A stretch of 64,000 bases of DNA from the human T2T-CHM13v2.0 reference genome, Homo sapiens: the NCBI RefSeq assembly GCF_009914755.1, contig NC_060925.1. One strand, given 5' to 3'. A program made the translations under genes and the position numbers. Under the pieces are notes generated by a model. That model searched no databases. It saw nothing but the letters and a program-made list of their open reading frames with translations, and was not told the origin of the DNA. This document shows positions 1 through 11,615 of this stretch, piece by piece (positions within the stretch are counted from its first letter, which is position 1; every line of letters starts with the position of its first letter).

Positions 1-188
1 AGAAGCATATAGCCATGGACTATGCTTAAACATAGCAGTAGCAGAGAAGCTGATGTAATGTCTTCTCAGCCCTAAAGCTCTACCTAAAGTAGAGATTTGG
101 AGGCATGTTTAACAAAAAAGACCAAATGGAAAAAGATTATAGGTGCACAAATGCAGTGGCTATGGCATATATGCAGCTATTTAAATAT

Positions 189-638
189 TGTAAAAGGAAA
201 AGAAATCTTGGGGCCCCAAAATTCTAAGCCAAAGGGAAGAGTCAAGCAGGGAATTGCTTAGGATAAACCTGACTCCCATTCTATTCAAAGTCATCCCTCT
301 GCTCACTGAGATAAATGTATATCTGATTGCCTACTTTGGAAAGGCCAATCAGAAACTCAAAAGAATGCAACCATTTGTCACTCATCTACCTGTGACCTGG
401 AAGCTCCCTCCCTGTTTTGAGTTGTCCCACCTTTCTGGAAGGAACCAATGTACATCTTACATATATTGATTAATGTCTCATGTCTCCCCCAAAATGTATA
501 AAACCAAGCTGTTCTCCAGCCACCTTGGGTATATGTTGTCAGGACCTCCTGAGGCTGTGTCATGGGCATCCATCCTCAACTTTGGCAAAATAAACTTTTT
601 AAATTAACTGAGACCAGTCTCAGCTATTCAGGTTCACA
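189..638 (+). repeat. 5' LTR, MER4A/MER4A1-like
   Basis: TGT...GGTTCACA termini; TATAAAA near 497 and AATAAA near 588; clear direct repeat of 9947-10399. Confidence 0.9.
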
Positions 639-641
639 TTT

Positions 642-659
642 TGGTAACCACAAAGGGAT
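642..659 (+). promoter_or_regulatory. Primer-binding site, tRNA-Arg(TCG)-like
   Basis: TGGTAACCACAAAGGGAT begins 3 nt after the LTR end. It matches the complement of a tRNA-Arg 3' end as I recall it (TGGTAACCACGAAGGGAT), with one CpG-type change. Confidence 0.7.
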
Positions 660-1109
660 TTTGAGTGGAGGTGCTCCTGACCTTTGACAAATCTCCTATC
701 AGTGCTTGGTCCCAGCTTGCACTATGTTTATGGCTCAAAGCAATAGGACAATTTGCCGAGGTCTGGAAGCACACCCTCCAGAGAATCCCTGATATCACAA
801 AACTTGGTCAAGATATAAAGTTTATTTTACTGTACAACTCCTTTTTTTTTTTTTTTTTAAGTTTTACTTGCTTCCAACACAAGGAAGGCAAGTTTTTCCT
901 GCTTCCATGATGATGGAAGGCAGGTAACTCCTTTATGGAGTTTCAGCTCACTTCCAACAGAGAAGATAAATTTGAGTTTTTTCCTTCTTCTAGGATGGTA
1001 GGGTAATCTTCAGCCTGAGACCCATCCCTAGGTAAATAACTGAATTGGGCCTTGTTTCGGCTAAAGTTAAGATTAACAACCAGCTGGTCTTAATTTCTCC
1101 TTACCATTA

Positions 1110-1698
1110 TGTTGGGGTGATCAGACCCAACACGAGGTCGTGGGGGCAATGAAGTCTGGCAGCGTCAAAGGATTGAGAAAAAGACAGTTTGAGAGAGAAA
1201 GCTGGAACCAGGGGGCCATCGTGATTGTGGAGGCTGCGAAGGCCCTGAGCTGTGGGAGCTCACGCTACTTATTGGTAATCCAACAAAGAAACAGGTGGTG
1301 AGAATGTGGGGGGTCAAAAGGGTGCATTGCATTAAGCACATGATTTACAGCTGTGATGGTTTAGCATTTGCCCTGCTACTTGAGATAATGGAGAGCAGGT
1401 TCTTTTAACTCAAGATACAATGGATCCTGAGAGAGCAAGGAGCAAGGAGCCAGCAAGTCTAGACACATTCCAGAGCCATGAGCCCTGGATTCTGTCCAAG
1501 CCATGAGGGATTTTATACCCTGGGCTTAGATTATGGTGCATCAGGGTAGCCTTCCACCCTTTAGCACAGAGCTTGGTGTTCCAAAGGCCACAAGGGGTTT
1601 TAGACCCTGGACCCCAGACATGTTCCAAGACTCTTTTACCTTATGTCAGACATGCAAGCCCTGCCTCAGCTTCTCCCAACACTCAGCTTTTCCCAACA
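1110..1698 (-). mobile_element. ERVK solo LTR (LTR14C / HERV-K14C-like) nested in MER4-int
   Basis: 589 bp with TGTTGGG...CCCAACA inverted termini. Perfect 6-bp TSD CCATTA (1104-1109, 1699-1704), typical of betaretrovirus-like ERVs. Confidence 0.85.
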
Positions 1699-3714
1699 CC
1701 ATTAGAGTGCTTAGTAATCATACAAGTGGTGTGATTGCTTATCTTGACTAATTTTTGTTGTTGTTTGTTTCTGTTTCTGTTGTCATTTCATTCTTTTTCC
1801 CATTGGGTTTGACCAACTCTATCTGACTTGATCAAATCTGAAGGAAATTTCCAAATTATTGGGAACAAGTTCTCTGAAGTGGCTAAATTCTCATAAAAAA
1901 AGAAAAACATGGTAAGGAGGGCAGAGAAAAATGGCCACCAAAAGGAAAAAAGGAAAAAGGAAACATTTTTATTTTGACTTCTTAAGGGGATTTATTTACA
2001 TAACAAGTCCACCTTTTTGCTAGCCAGGCCAAACTGAAAGAGCAATGACTGTTACCCCATGCTGCAGTTCCATGGCTAAAGTTCTGCCTTCTTTTCTTTT
2101 CACATGACAGCCTGGGTATGGTTTCTAAATCAAGCCCTTTCTGGTTTGATATTTGGTACTTTTGAAATGGCAGTAATTTGTCCTAGCTGAAATATGGTAA
2201 TAAGCTTCAAAAAGATTTTCTTTAATGAGCTCAATGGTTAAAACTCAGCTTAATTAAAAGCTAACATCCAAGTTCTGTGTGTGTATGTGTGCATGTATGT
2301 TTGTGTTTAAAAGGCCTTCATGCTTTTGTTTTTTTTCTCTCCTAAGACTTTGTATTTTTTGATCAAAAGTTTTTTTTCTTCTCAGTTGACCAAATTCTGT
2401 TTTCTTCATTTACTTCTGCTGTCTCTCCTTTCTCTTGCACCCTCTGCAGCATGGGGGACCTAAAGTAGTTTATAATAGCCTGGAATTACTTAAAGAAAAT
2501 GGAGAAGGCATCAGACTCCCTTTTGGGGAGAAGCCTGTTTTTCCTTATAGAACCCCAAGAGTGCAAACAGGCAAGTTTGTCTCAGCTCTGAAACTGTTTG
2601 CTTTTGTATTTTGTTACCTGATGTTCTGACTAAAATAGAGTCTCTTGGGTTCTTAAGGAAGACTGTAGTTTAGACACTTTAAAATGTCTCTGTTTAAAAA
2701 AATTTTTTTACTTGCACTGTAAAAGTATCACATGGTCTAGCCTTATAATAATTCTCCGTTTCTGGAGACCCAGTATTCAGTCTGGGCTCTGCCCAGAGCT
2801 CACACATACAGTTAAAAGATAGGTAGCCCTATATATAAAATTGGTTTCCTTTTAAAATCCTATGATAGATTTCTATAATTTTATGATTGATTTGCCATCC
2901 ATCTTTAATTTCCCTCTAGTACCACTGGAATTTTTCTCTCTGTACCTTGCACCTCTAGCACCACCAGATTTTTTCTGTTTGTACCTTGAGATTCACCTAA
3001 GAGTTGTTTCTTTTAATATGCAGATTAAGGAGTATTTAGCTGACAACTGTCAGGGTATTGAAACAGGTTATCAAGAGTTGGCAAGTCTAAGATGGGGGGA
3101 AAAAAGGAGGCCTCATGAATCTACAAGATGTACTTCTAACAGTATGCCTAATATGTCTATGTATTTATGTGTTGTGTACACAATGTTTCACTACTGAAAA
3201 TATATAAAAGAGCCCTAATTAATTAACTTAAAGAAAACTAAAAGCACTTAAATCAAATACTTTATCAGAAAAAAGGAAAGACTAGTCAAATGCTTTTTCG
3301 AGTTTACATGACTTAAGTAAAATCTTTAATAAATGAGCTAGCTTTAAAATTATTGCTAAAATAATATTATAAATGTCTTAAGAATTGCCAGCATACATTT
3401 TTGTTTGCATTTATTGATTAAGCAATTTTATACTTATCCCTGACAAATACTATAAGGTGTCAAAATTTGGCATAGGGGTCAACTGTAAACCCGGCCAAAA
3501 ACAGAATGATCTTTGCTTGTCTAATAAATAAGACATCGATATTGGTTTAATGAAAATAGCTACATCTTGAATTATTTACTAAAATTACCATGACTTCTAA
3601 TCTTGTGACTTTAGGCAGTCTAGTGCACTTGTACGAAGGATGTTTGTTTAGGGAAAGGACTGTTATTGTCTTTGTTTCAAAGCTAAACTATAAACTAAGT
3701 TCCTCCCTAAGTTA

Positions 3715-4996
3715 TTAGATTGGTGCAAAAGTAATTGTGCCTACTGCATTGTTGAAGTTTACTGTCTGATATTGGAATAGCTTCTGAAATAAATGTGGTT
3801 GTGTTATACATCATTTTAATGTGCATTTCTCTATATATATTTATTTGCTAATGACTTGTTACTTGCTGTTTATTTTATGTTTATTTTAGACTATGGAAAT
3901 GAAGCTAGAGAAAAAGCAATCTGAGCAATTTTCTTATTCAAGTTCAAAATGGGTCATAAACCGATGGAGATAATTCACAACATCAACAATGCATTTGGCC
4001 CAGGAGCTGCTAACAAACGTACAGTGCAGTGGTGGTTTCAGAAGTTTTGCAGAGAAGACGAGAGCCTTGAAGACAAGGAGCATAATGGCCAGCCATTGGA
4101 AGTTGACAACAACCAATTGAGAGCAATCGTCAAAGCTGATCCTCTTACAACTAAACAAGAAATTGCCAAAGAACTCAACATCAACCATTCTATGATCATT
4201 CAGCATTTGAAGCAAATTGGAAAGGCAATAAAGCTTGATAGGTGGGTGACTCATGAGCTGGGTAAAAATTTAAAAAATCATCGTTTTGAAGTGTTGTCAT
4301 CTCTTATTCTATGAAACAACAACAAACCATTTTTCAATTGGATTGTGACGTGTGATGAAAAGTGAATTTTATACAACAAAAGGCAACAACCAGCTCAGTG
4401 ATTGGATGGAGAAGAAGCTCCAAAGCACTTTCCAAAGACAAACTTGCACTAAAAAAGGTCATGGTCACTGTTTGGTGGTCTGCTGCTGGTCTGATCCACT
4501 ACAGCTTTCCAAATCCTGGCAAAACCATTAAATCTGAGAAGTATACTCAGCAAATCGATAAAATGCACTCACTGAAAACTGTAATGCCTGAAACCAGCAA
4601 TGGTCAACAGAAAGGACCCAATTCTTCTCCATGACAGTGCCTGACTGCATGTTGCACATCAAAATTGAATGAATTGGGCTATGAAGTTTTGCCTCATCTG
4701 CCATATTCATCTGACCTCTCGCCAACTGACTACCACTTCTTCAAGCATCTCAACAACTTTTTTCAGGGAAAAACGTTTCCACAATGAGCATGATGCAGGA
4801 AGTGCTTTCCAAGAGTTTGTTGAATCCCAAAGTATAGATTTTTATGCTAGAGGAATAAACAAACTTATTTTTCATTGGCAAAAATCTGTTGATTATAATG
4901 GTTCCTATTTTGATTAATAAAGATGTGTTTGAGCCTAGTTATAATGATTTAAAATTCATGGTCCGGAATCGCAATTATGTTTGAACCAACCTAGCA
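3715..4996 (+). mobile_element. Full-length Hsmar1 mariner DNA transposon nested in MER4-int
   Basis: Left TIR TTAGATTGGTGCAAAAGTAATTG and right TIR GCAATTATGTTTGAACCAACCTA. TA duplication at 3713-3714 and 4997-4998. About 1.28 kb; encodes transposase fragments. Confidence 0.95.
3893..4917 (+). pseudogene. Disabled Hsmar1 transposase
   Basis: ATG at 3893. Recognisable motifs: NINNAFGPG, TVQWWF, WVTHEL (WVPHEL), TCDEK, KKVMVTVWWSAAGLIHYSF, DLSPTDYHFF, NGSYFD-stop (TAA 4915-4917). Interrupted by frameshifts and stops (e.g. TGA at 4312-4314 and 4363-4365). Confidence 0.93.
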
Positions 4997-6809
4997 TAGT
5001 TTGGCCTATGCCCAGGAATGAATAAGGACAGCTTGGAGGTTAGAAGCAAGATGGACTCAGTTAGGTTGGATCTTTTTCACTTTCTCAGTTATAATTTTGC
5101 AATGGCTATCATAGTTTTCAAAGATAATTTAGGTAAATGATTAAAATAAAACAATTAGGTAAATGTAATAAGGTAAATACTTGTAGATAAACTTGTCATA
5201 ATTTAGAATCTTAAGTTATATTAAATTAAATAATAAATATTTTATTATTTGGGTATTTTCCAATAAAAATATATTGTAGGAAAACATTCTTTCTAAAAAG
5301 AAAAGTGTCCTTTTAAAAAAGTAAATAACTTTTGTCTAATTTAAAACTTAAAGCTTATTCAAAGATTATGTTTAAAACAAGGTAAAAGGAATCAGGAAAT
5401 AAGAGAGATGTAAAGAAAGTTATAGAAATAAATAGTTTTTTTTGGTAAGAAAGCTTAAAGAGAAACAATTTTATATAAGAAAGAATCTTGTATGGTAAAT
5501 TTAGTCCTAGAATAAAATGGTTGTTTCAGAAAGAAGGGTGTTCAGGACAAACCAGAAAGTCCAAGTATGTTATGAATGGTATGTGTCAGTCATACTAAGA
5601 AGCTTCATAAAAAGAAAACAAAAACAAAAACTTTTATATGATCAAGTTGTCTGTAATTAAAGGGAAATTATAATAGTCTTTCTAGAGATTGGGTTTGATG
5701 TAAAAAAAACACTTATACACTGAAGAATTGGTTAGAACAATACAATTTTCTTAAAGGGTTGATTTACTCTTAATAAATTAGAAGAAATTTTAATTTTTTT
5801 TATCCCAAAGATCAACTTTTATTGCATCTCACCATTTTCAGTTTTTCTCCCCTTTTACAGGGCATGAATTAGTAACAGTCTTCTTCAACTCATTTTCAGT
5901 TCATATAAGATTTTTTCCTTGGATTCTGTTTGTTGTTGCCTGATGCTAACAATAGTTTTTTAAAGGTCTAAAGGAAAGATTTTCTTCCACATAATATTCT
6001 GTGCCCTGCAGAAGGTCTTTTATTTTGCCTTTTGATAACTGGCTTAACAGATTTTTTGTTTTATCAAAATAATTCCTGTGCCATTATTATTAAGTTTTGG
6101 TTGGCTTAGAAAAAAGATTTAAAAAATTTCTTTTTAAATTAAGGTTATTGCATCCATGTGTCTTTTTGTATGTGCTTTTGAAGTCCTTGTGACATTGAGT
6201 TATAGGGCTTTGACTCCTGGGTCTAAAAAGGAAACCATGTCTTGCTAAATCTTAAATGCTGACAGCAATTAAAGCCTCATCTTCAGGCCTGGCAGAAAAT
6301 GCCAATCAAATAAAGAGCATACCTGAGACATAGGGCCAGAAATTAAAGTTATTCAACTCCCCAAGGCCCAGAGACTGTAGCAAAAGAGGTGGGAGCATGA
6401 GACTTTGTAAGGGCCAATTTTGAGAGATAAAATAAGTTTAGTTTCTCTATACATTAACCATTAGTATCAAAGGCACACAGATGCAAAATCAGCATCTGGG
6501 CCTGTATGTCAGATTAACAAGGTTTTCTTGAAGCATTAACTGGCTCCTTAATAAAGATTATAAAGGTAATAAAAGGCTTGTGGAAGTTATATCTTATGGT
6601 CAATTTAAAATTTAGTAGATTGTTTATAAAATTTTCAAAAACAAATTTAATTGGCTTCACACTGTTTTTATTAGGGCTTATTGTTTGGAAAATTAAGTCT
6701 TCTCTCTCAAAGAATGAAGGTTTTCATCTTTTTTTGAAATCCTTGAGTTATCGCTTTGGTTAAATAAATGACTTATTTGACAATGACTTGTGATCCTATT
6801 TTGTGATAT

Positions 6810-7768
6810 TGATAGTGACAGGGGGCAGAGAAATTCTAGGCAGAAAAGGGCAGGTTCCCAACAAACTCCACCCTCAAGCAGAAAATCCTGCAGCCCGTGG
6901 GCCAATGTGAGAACTTCTATCCCTGTTTTCCCCTCAAATGTTGTCTTTTTCTAAACCATCCATGGCCCACTCCACCCCATCTTGCACCTATAAAGAGCTC
7001 AGACTCAGCCAGCGGAGAGAAGAAGCAGCTGGACTTCAGGGACTACAGCTGAATTTTGGAGAGAAGCAGCTTGACTTCAGAGGGACAGCTTGATAGCATA
7101 ACTTTGGAGAGGAACCTGGCCATAGATGGCCAGACTTTAGGGGAAGATTACCTACCTGCCCCATCCCCTTTTCAGCTCCCCTTCCTGCTGAGAGCCACTT
7201 TCACTGGCAATAAAATCCCCTGCTTTTACCATCCTTCAATTCATTTATGCAACCTCATTTTTCCTGGACACTGGACAAGAGTTCAGGAGCCATGAGTGTG
7301 GATACAAAAGGCTGTCACACTGGCCCTTTGCCTTCACTGGCAGAGGGGAGCCACCTCATGCAAAAAGGCAGAGGCCCCACTGAGCTGTTAACACTTAAGC
7401 CATCCACTGACAGCAGAGCTAAAAGGACACTGTAACACACCCCATGTGGCAGCCATGCTGCCTGGACACTGCCACAGAGCCTGCACAGAATTCACTCCTG
7501 CCAGCACCCAAAAGTCCTTGCCCCAGCTCCTACACCCACTCACCTCTGTGCTCCCTCCCACCAAGGGTGGAATGCAGCAGGTCCAAGTGAGTAGGGTTTG
7601 ATCCTGCCAGCACCGAAGCAGCTGGCTGGTTCCAGCACTCATGCACTGTAGCTCCCACTTTGCTTGCTTGCATGCTCCCTCCTGTGAGGAGCTGAGAGCA
7701 GCAGGATGAGTAAATGAGGCACCCCTGGTATGAATCCCGCAAAGGGGTCAGGGTAATATCCTGCTTCA
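6810..7768 (+). mobile_element. ERV1 solo LTR of the LTR1/LTR28 group (LTR1D-like) nested in MER4-int
   Basis: 959 bp GC-richer block, TGATAG...CTTCA termini, 4-bp TSD ATAT (6806-6809, 7769-7772), TATAAA near 6989, AATAAA near 7209. Confidence 0.8.
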
Positions 7769-8897
7769 ATATCAAGAGTTTTAAAGCTTTGATATTTGAC
7801 AAACTTTCCAAAATCAAATTATAAATTATGTCTTTTTTCTGATACAGTTAATCCTTTAAGATGTTAGTTTCCCTGCAATCCAAAAATGATGTATTTGTCT
7901 TATTCGGTATAAAAATTATACCAGGAAGCATTGTCAAATATGAAATGCTGTTTGACTTTCTTTGGGTTGTATTTGTACAAACATGTTATTGGTATGTGTT
8001 CCAAAATTATGGGAAACTCCTATAATTCTGATATGATTTAGTGTATGTTATCAGTAATAATTATAATTGTTATATTAAATTTTTGTGTGTCACAGAGGTA
8101 ACAAAATTCCTTGTCAACTGTGTCTTTGACTATAGCTGCCCTGAAACTCTGTCATACACAGACAATTGTTCTGTTTTGGTCTTCTTTAGAAAGTGGTTTT
8201 ATAATCAGATATATAACTCTAAGAGGTATTCTTGAATGCAGATTTCTGATAACTTTGGAGATTGTGACATCAGAATAGAGGAAAAACTTTCAGAACTCAT
8301 GGATAGCTGAAATGTTCATGAATATCAAGCAGAATAGGAATTAACTGCATGGACTGAACTAATAGAAGACTGAAATAATCTTGACTTTTTGCTTAAAACG
8401 TTGCTGTTTTGTTTTTCATAGTCAAGGAAACGGTTCTTTTGAGCTATTGACAGCTTTTAACAGAAACTTGGAGCATATTTGTTTCTCTCTACCTGTTTTC
8501 TCCAGAATTTGGAAATTATTTGTGAGTATTCTTAACTTCTGGCACTATAGTTATTTGCATAAGTGCAATAAGAGTCTGTTTTCATTTGTAACAGGAAACA
8601 ATTGGAGACACTGGTTATTTTCCCAGGCTTTGACTGGAATGGTGTGCTTTCCTTTAAGGAATCAAACTTGACTTATAGAACCAATAAAAGCCCCTTGGGA
8701 AAACTGGCCTCATACCTTGTCTACACAGTCCCTGCACAGGGTTCCTGACCTGTGGTAAGTAAAGAATGCCACTTTCTGACAGGCCCAGGAGCCCCAAGTT
8801 ATCTTGGAACCTCAAGAGGAGAGGAATTCACCCAACTTGTAGATATTTGATGGTACAATTCCATAGCTGGACTCAGCTTTAAAAAAAGTCTTATCTG

Positions 8898-9213
<316 letters not shown>

Positions 9214-9934
9214 CTATGGAACAAAGTTTCATCAAAGCCAATTTAAAAAGCTTATGTGAAAAATAATTATTCTTGTTGCACTTTAAACAAATTATCTGGC
9301 CAAGTATAATAAAGCAAACCACTCCTACCATGATTTGTCTGTAGTGAAAATGGGAAACTGGATAGAGAGACATTATGTTTCTAAAACTATAGTACATGGG
9401 TTGTCAGATTCTAGTCTTGCCCAATGTTTTTCAATTTTTATTATTTTCTACAGTTTGTGCTGAATTCCAATTTTTCCTGGCTATAAATCTCCCAATTAAT
9501 GTTTTCAATTTTTTCTTCTTTTTTTTCTTTTTGTCCCCCATTTGTTCTAATTTGAAATCACTGAAAACTAAGCTGTGCTTTCTCAAAGCCCTACAAACTG
9601 AAGCTAGACAGCTTAAATTTCAGAAAAAAATAACAGCAACCTATTTACATACCTAAGCCTCTTTCATACCTACCTACTGATGTATGGACTTCAGAATAAT
9701 GTGGCCTATATCAATATTCCAGGATTGTTCTTTTGGTTGTAGTTTTTCTCCCCTCCTTCCTCATTTTCTCTTCATAGGACATGAGACATCATAACCTGCT
9801 AAAAGTGAGTTTCCCTAATAACTTGGGACCTACCTGTCTAAGAATAAACTGTCTTATCCATGAGAGATCAGACAAAAGCTGAGGCCAGAGACTCATTTTC
9901 TTCTAAAATGCTTTCTCTGAAGGTTTTTAAAAGT

Positions 9935-9946
9935 AAAGGGGGGAAA
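9935..9946 (+). promoter_or_regulatory. Polypurine tract of the provirus
   Basis: AAAGGGGGGAAA immediately before the TG of the 3' LTR. Confidence 0.85.
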
Positions 9947-10399
9947 TGTGAAAAAAATAAAAATAAATATTGGGGCCCCCTAATCACTAATCTAAAGGGA
10001 AAAGTCAAGCTGGGAACTGCTTAGGGCAAACCTGCCTCTCATTCTATTCAAAGTCATCCCTCTGCTCACTGAGATAAATGCATAGGATTGCCTCCTTTGG
10101 AAAGGCTTATCAGAAACTCAAAAGAGTGTAGAACTGTTTGTCTCTCATCTCCCTGTGACCTGGAAGCCCCCTCCCTATTTGAGTTGTCCCACCTTTCTGG
10201 ATACAACCAATGTACATCTTACATATATTGATTGATGTCTCATGTCTCCCTAAAATATATAAAACCAAGCTGTTCCCCGACCACCTTGGGCACATGTTGT
10301 CAGGACCTCCTGAGGCTATGTCACAGGCAAGCATCCTCAAGCTTGACAAACAAACTTTCTAAATTAATGGAGACCTGTCTCAGATATTCAGGGTTCACA
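9947..10399 (+). repeat. 3' LTR, MER4A/MER4A1-like
   Basis: Direct repeat of 189-638, followed by TSD ATAT. Confidence 0.9.
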
Positions 10400-10464
10400 A
10401 TATTTTTATTTTAAGAACTAATTACTAAACTTATCTTGTGGTCTTAACAAAAAAGGGTAGGTGG

Positions 10465-10660
10465 CATAGTCTAGTGAAAGGAACACTGGGCTGGGAGCTG
10501 AAAAAAATAGGTCATTTGTTCTTGGATATGCCACCTGCTGGATGATGATCTTGGGTGGTCCAAGCCTCAGTTTTCAAATTTGTAAGATGGAGTTATTGCT
10601 ATCTGCCTTTCCATTCTATGGGGTTAATTGCTGGGATCAAATAAACTAATGAATGCAGCA
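10465..10660 (+). repeat. MIR SINE fragment
   Basis: MIR core-like ...ATCTTGGG...GCCTCAGTTTTC...TGTAAGATGG. Confidence 0.6.
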
Positions 10661-11289
10661 CTACACAGATATAAGGCTAGTCAATACTTTGGAGAATCTT
10701 GAACAATTCTGTCTGAACATCAGTTATAATGATTTCTTCCCAAACCATCATGTCACTATTATAAGCCTCTTTGCCCTGTAGTGAAAATAATTCCCAAAGG
10801 GACATACTTGCAATTTGTTTTACAATATTTCAAAAATTAGGGTGGATTGATGGATAAATAGTAGAATGGGTAGATATGCGACAAAGCAAGTATAGTAAAT
10901 ATAAATGACAATATCAAGGTGGTGGGTCTATAGGTGGTGGCTGTAAAATTTATTTAATTTACTATATGTTTGTTTGAAATTTTTCACAATAAACTGTAGG
11001 GATGTATGCTCATAGAAAGAAGAATACTCTTGTTTCCTTTAGTCATGTAAAAGCAAAGGGCTTAGTTAGACTTATTCACACAGGGAGAAACCTGTATTGA
11101 TAGAGGAACACCAGTCATATTATGCTAATTTAAATTCCAGCAGTTTTGTGTCAATTAATTATGTCATTAACACCAGTTAACAAAGCACAGCCAAGCCTAA
11201 GCACAGACCTCCTCCCAGCCACCTAACAACAACTGTTCTTCCACAGCAGTTTGAACACAAAGCCAGGAGACAGCGGCTTACAGTAACAC

Positions 11290-11615
11290 CCTCAGCTTTG
11301 CATCTGTATTGCTGTGCGACCTTGAGAAAAGTATTTAATCTCTCCCTTCTTCAATTGTCCCATTGGAAAACAGTGACTACTATTAAAGATCACAGGACCA
11401 CTGAGGACATTACTGAATGATTTCTAAAGCACTCAGAAATGCCTTATACACATTAAATGATTCTCTCTCTCGTTCCTATTCATTTCACTTTTGAGTATTT
11501 TCTGAGATATTTCTAAGAATAAAGATGCCGTTCAAAATTCACTCCCCTTCCCATCCTCCAGGACCTAGCATAGTGCCTTATACATAGTAATAACTCAATA
11601 AATATGTATTGATTT
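11290..11615 (+). repeat. MIR fragment followed by an L2 3' end
   Basis: GCTGTGCGACCTTGAGAAAAGTATTTAATCTCTC (MIR core); CCTAGCATAGTGCCT...CTCAATAAATATG (L2 tail). Confidence 0.55.

Noticed and set aside
6806-7772. The nested LTR has the same TSD (ATAT) as the host provirus
   Set aside because: A 4-bp AT-only match is easily coincidental in AT-rich DNA.
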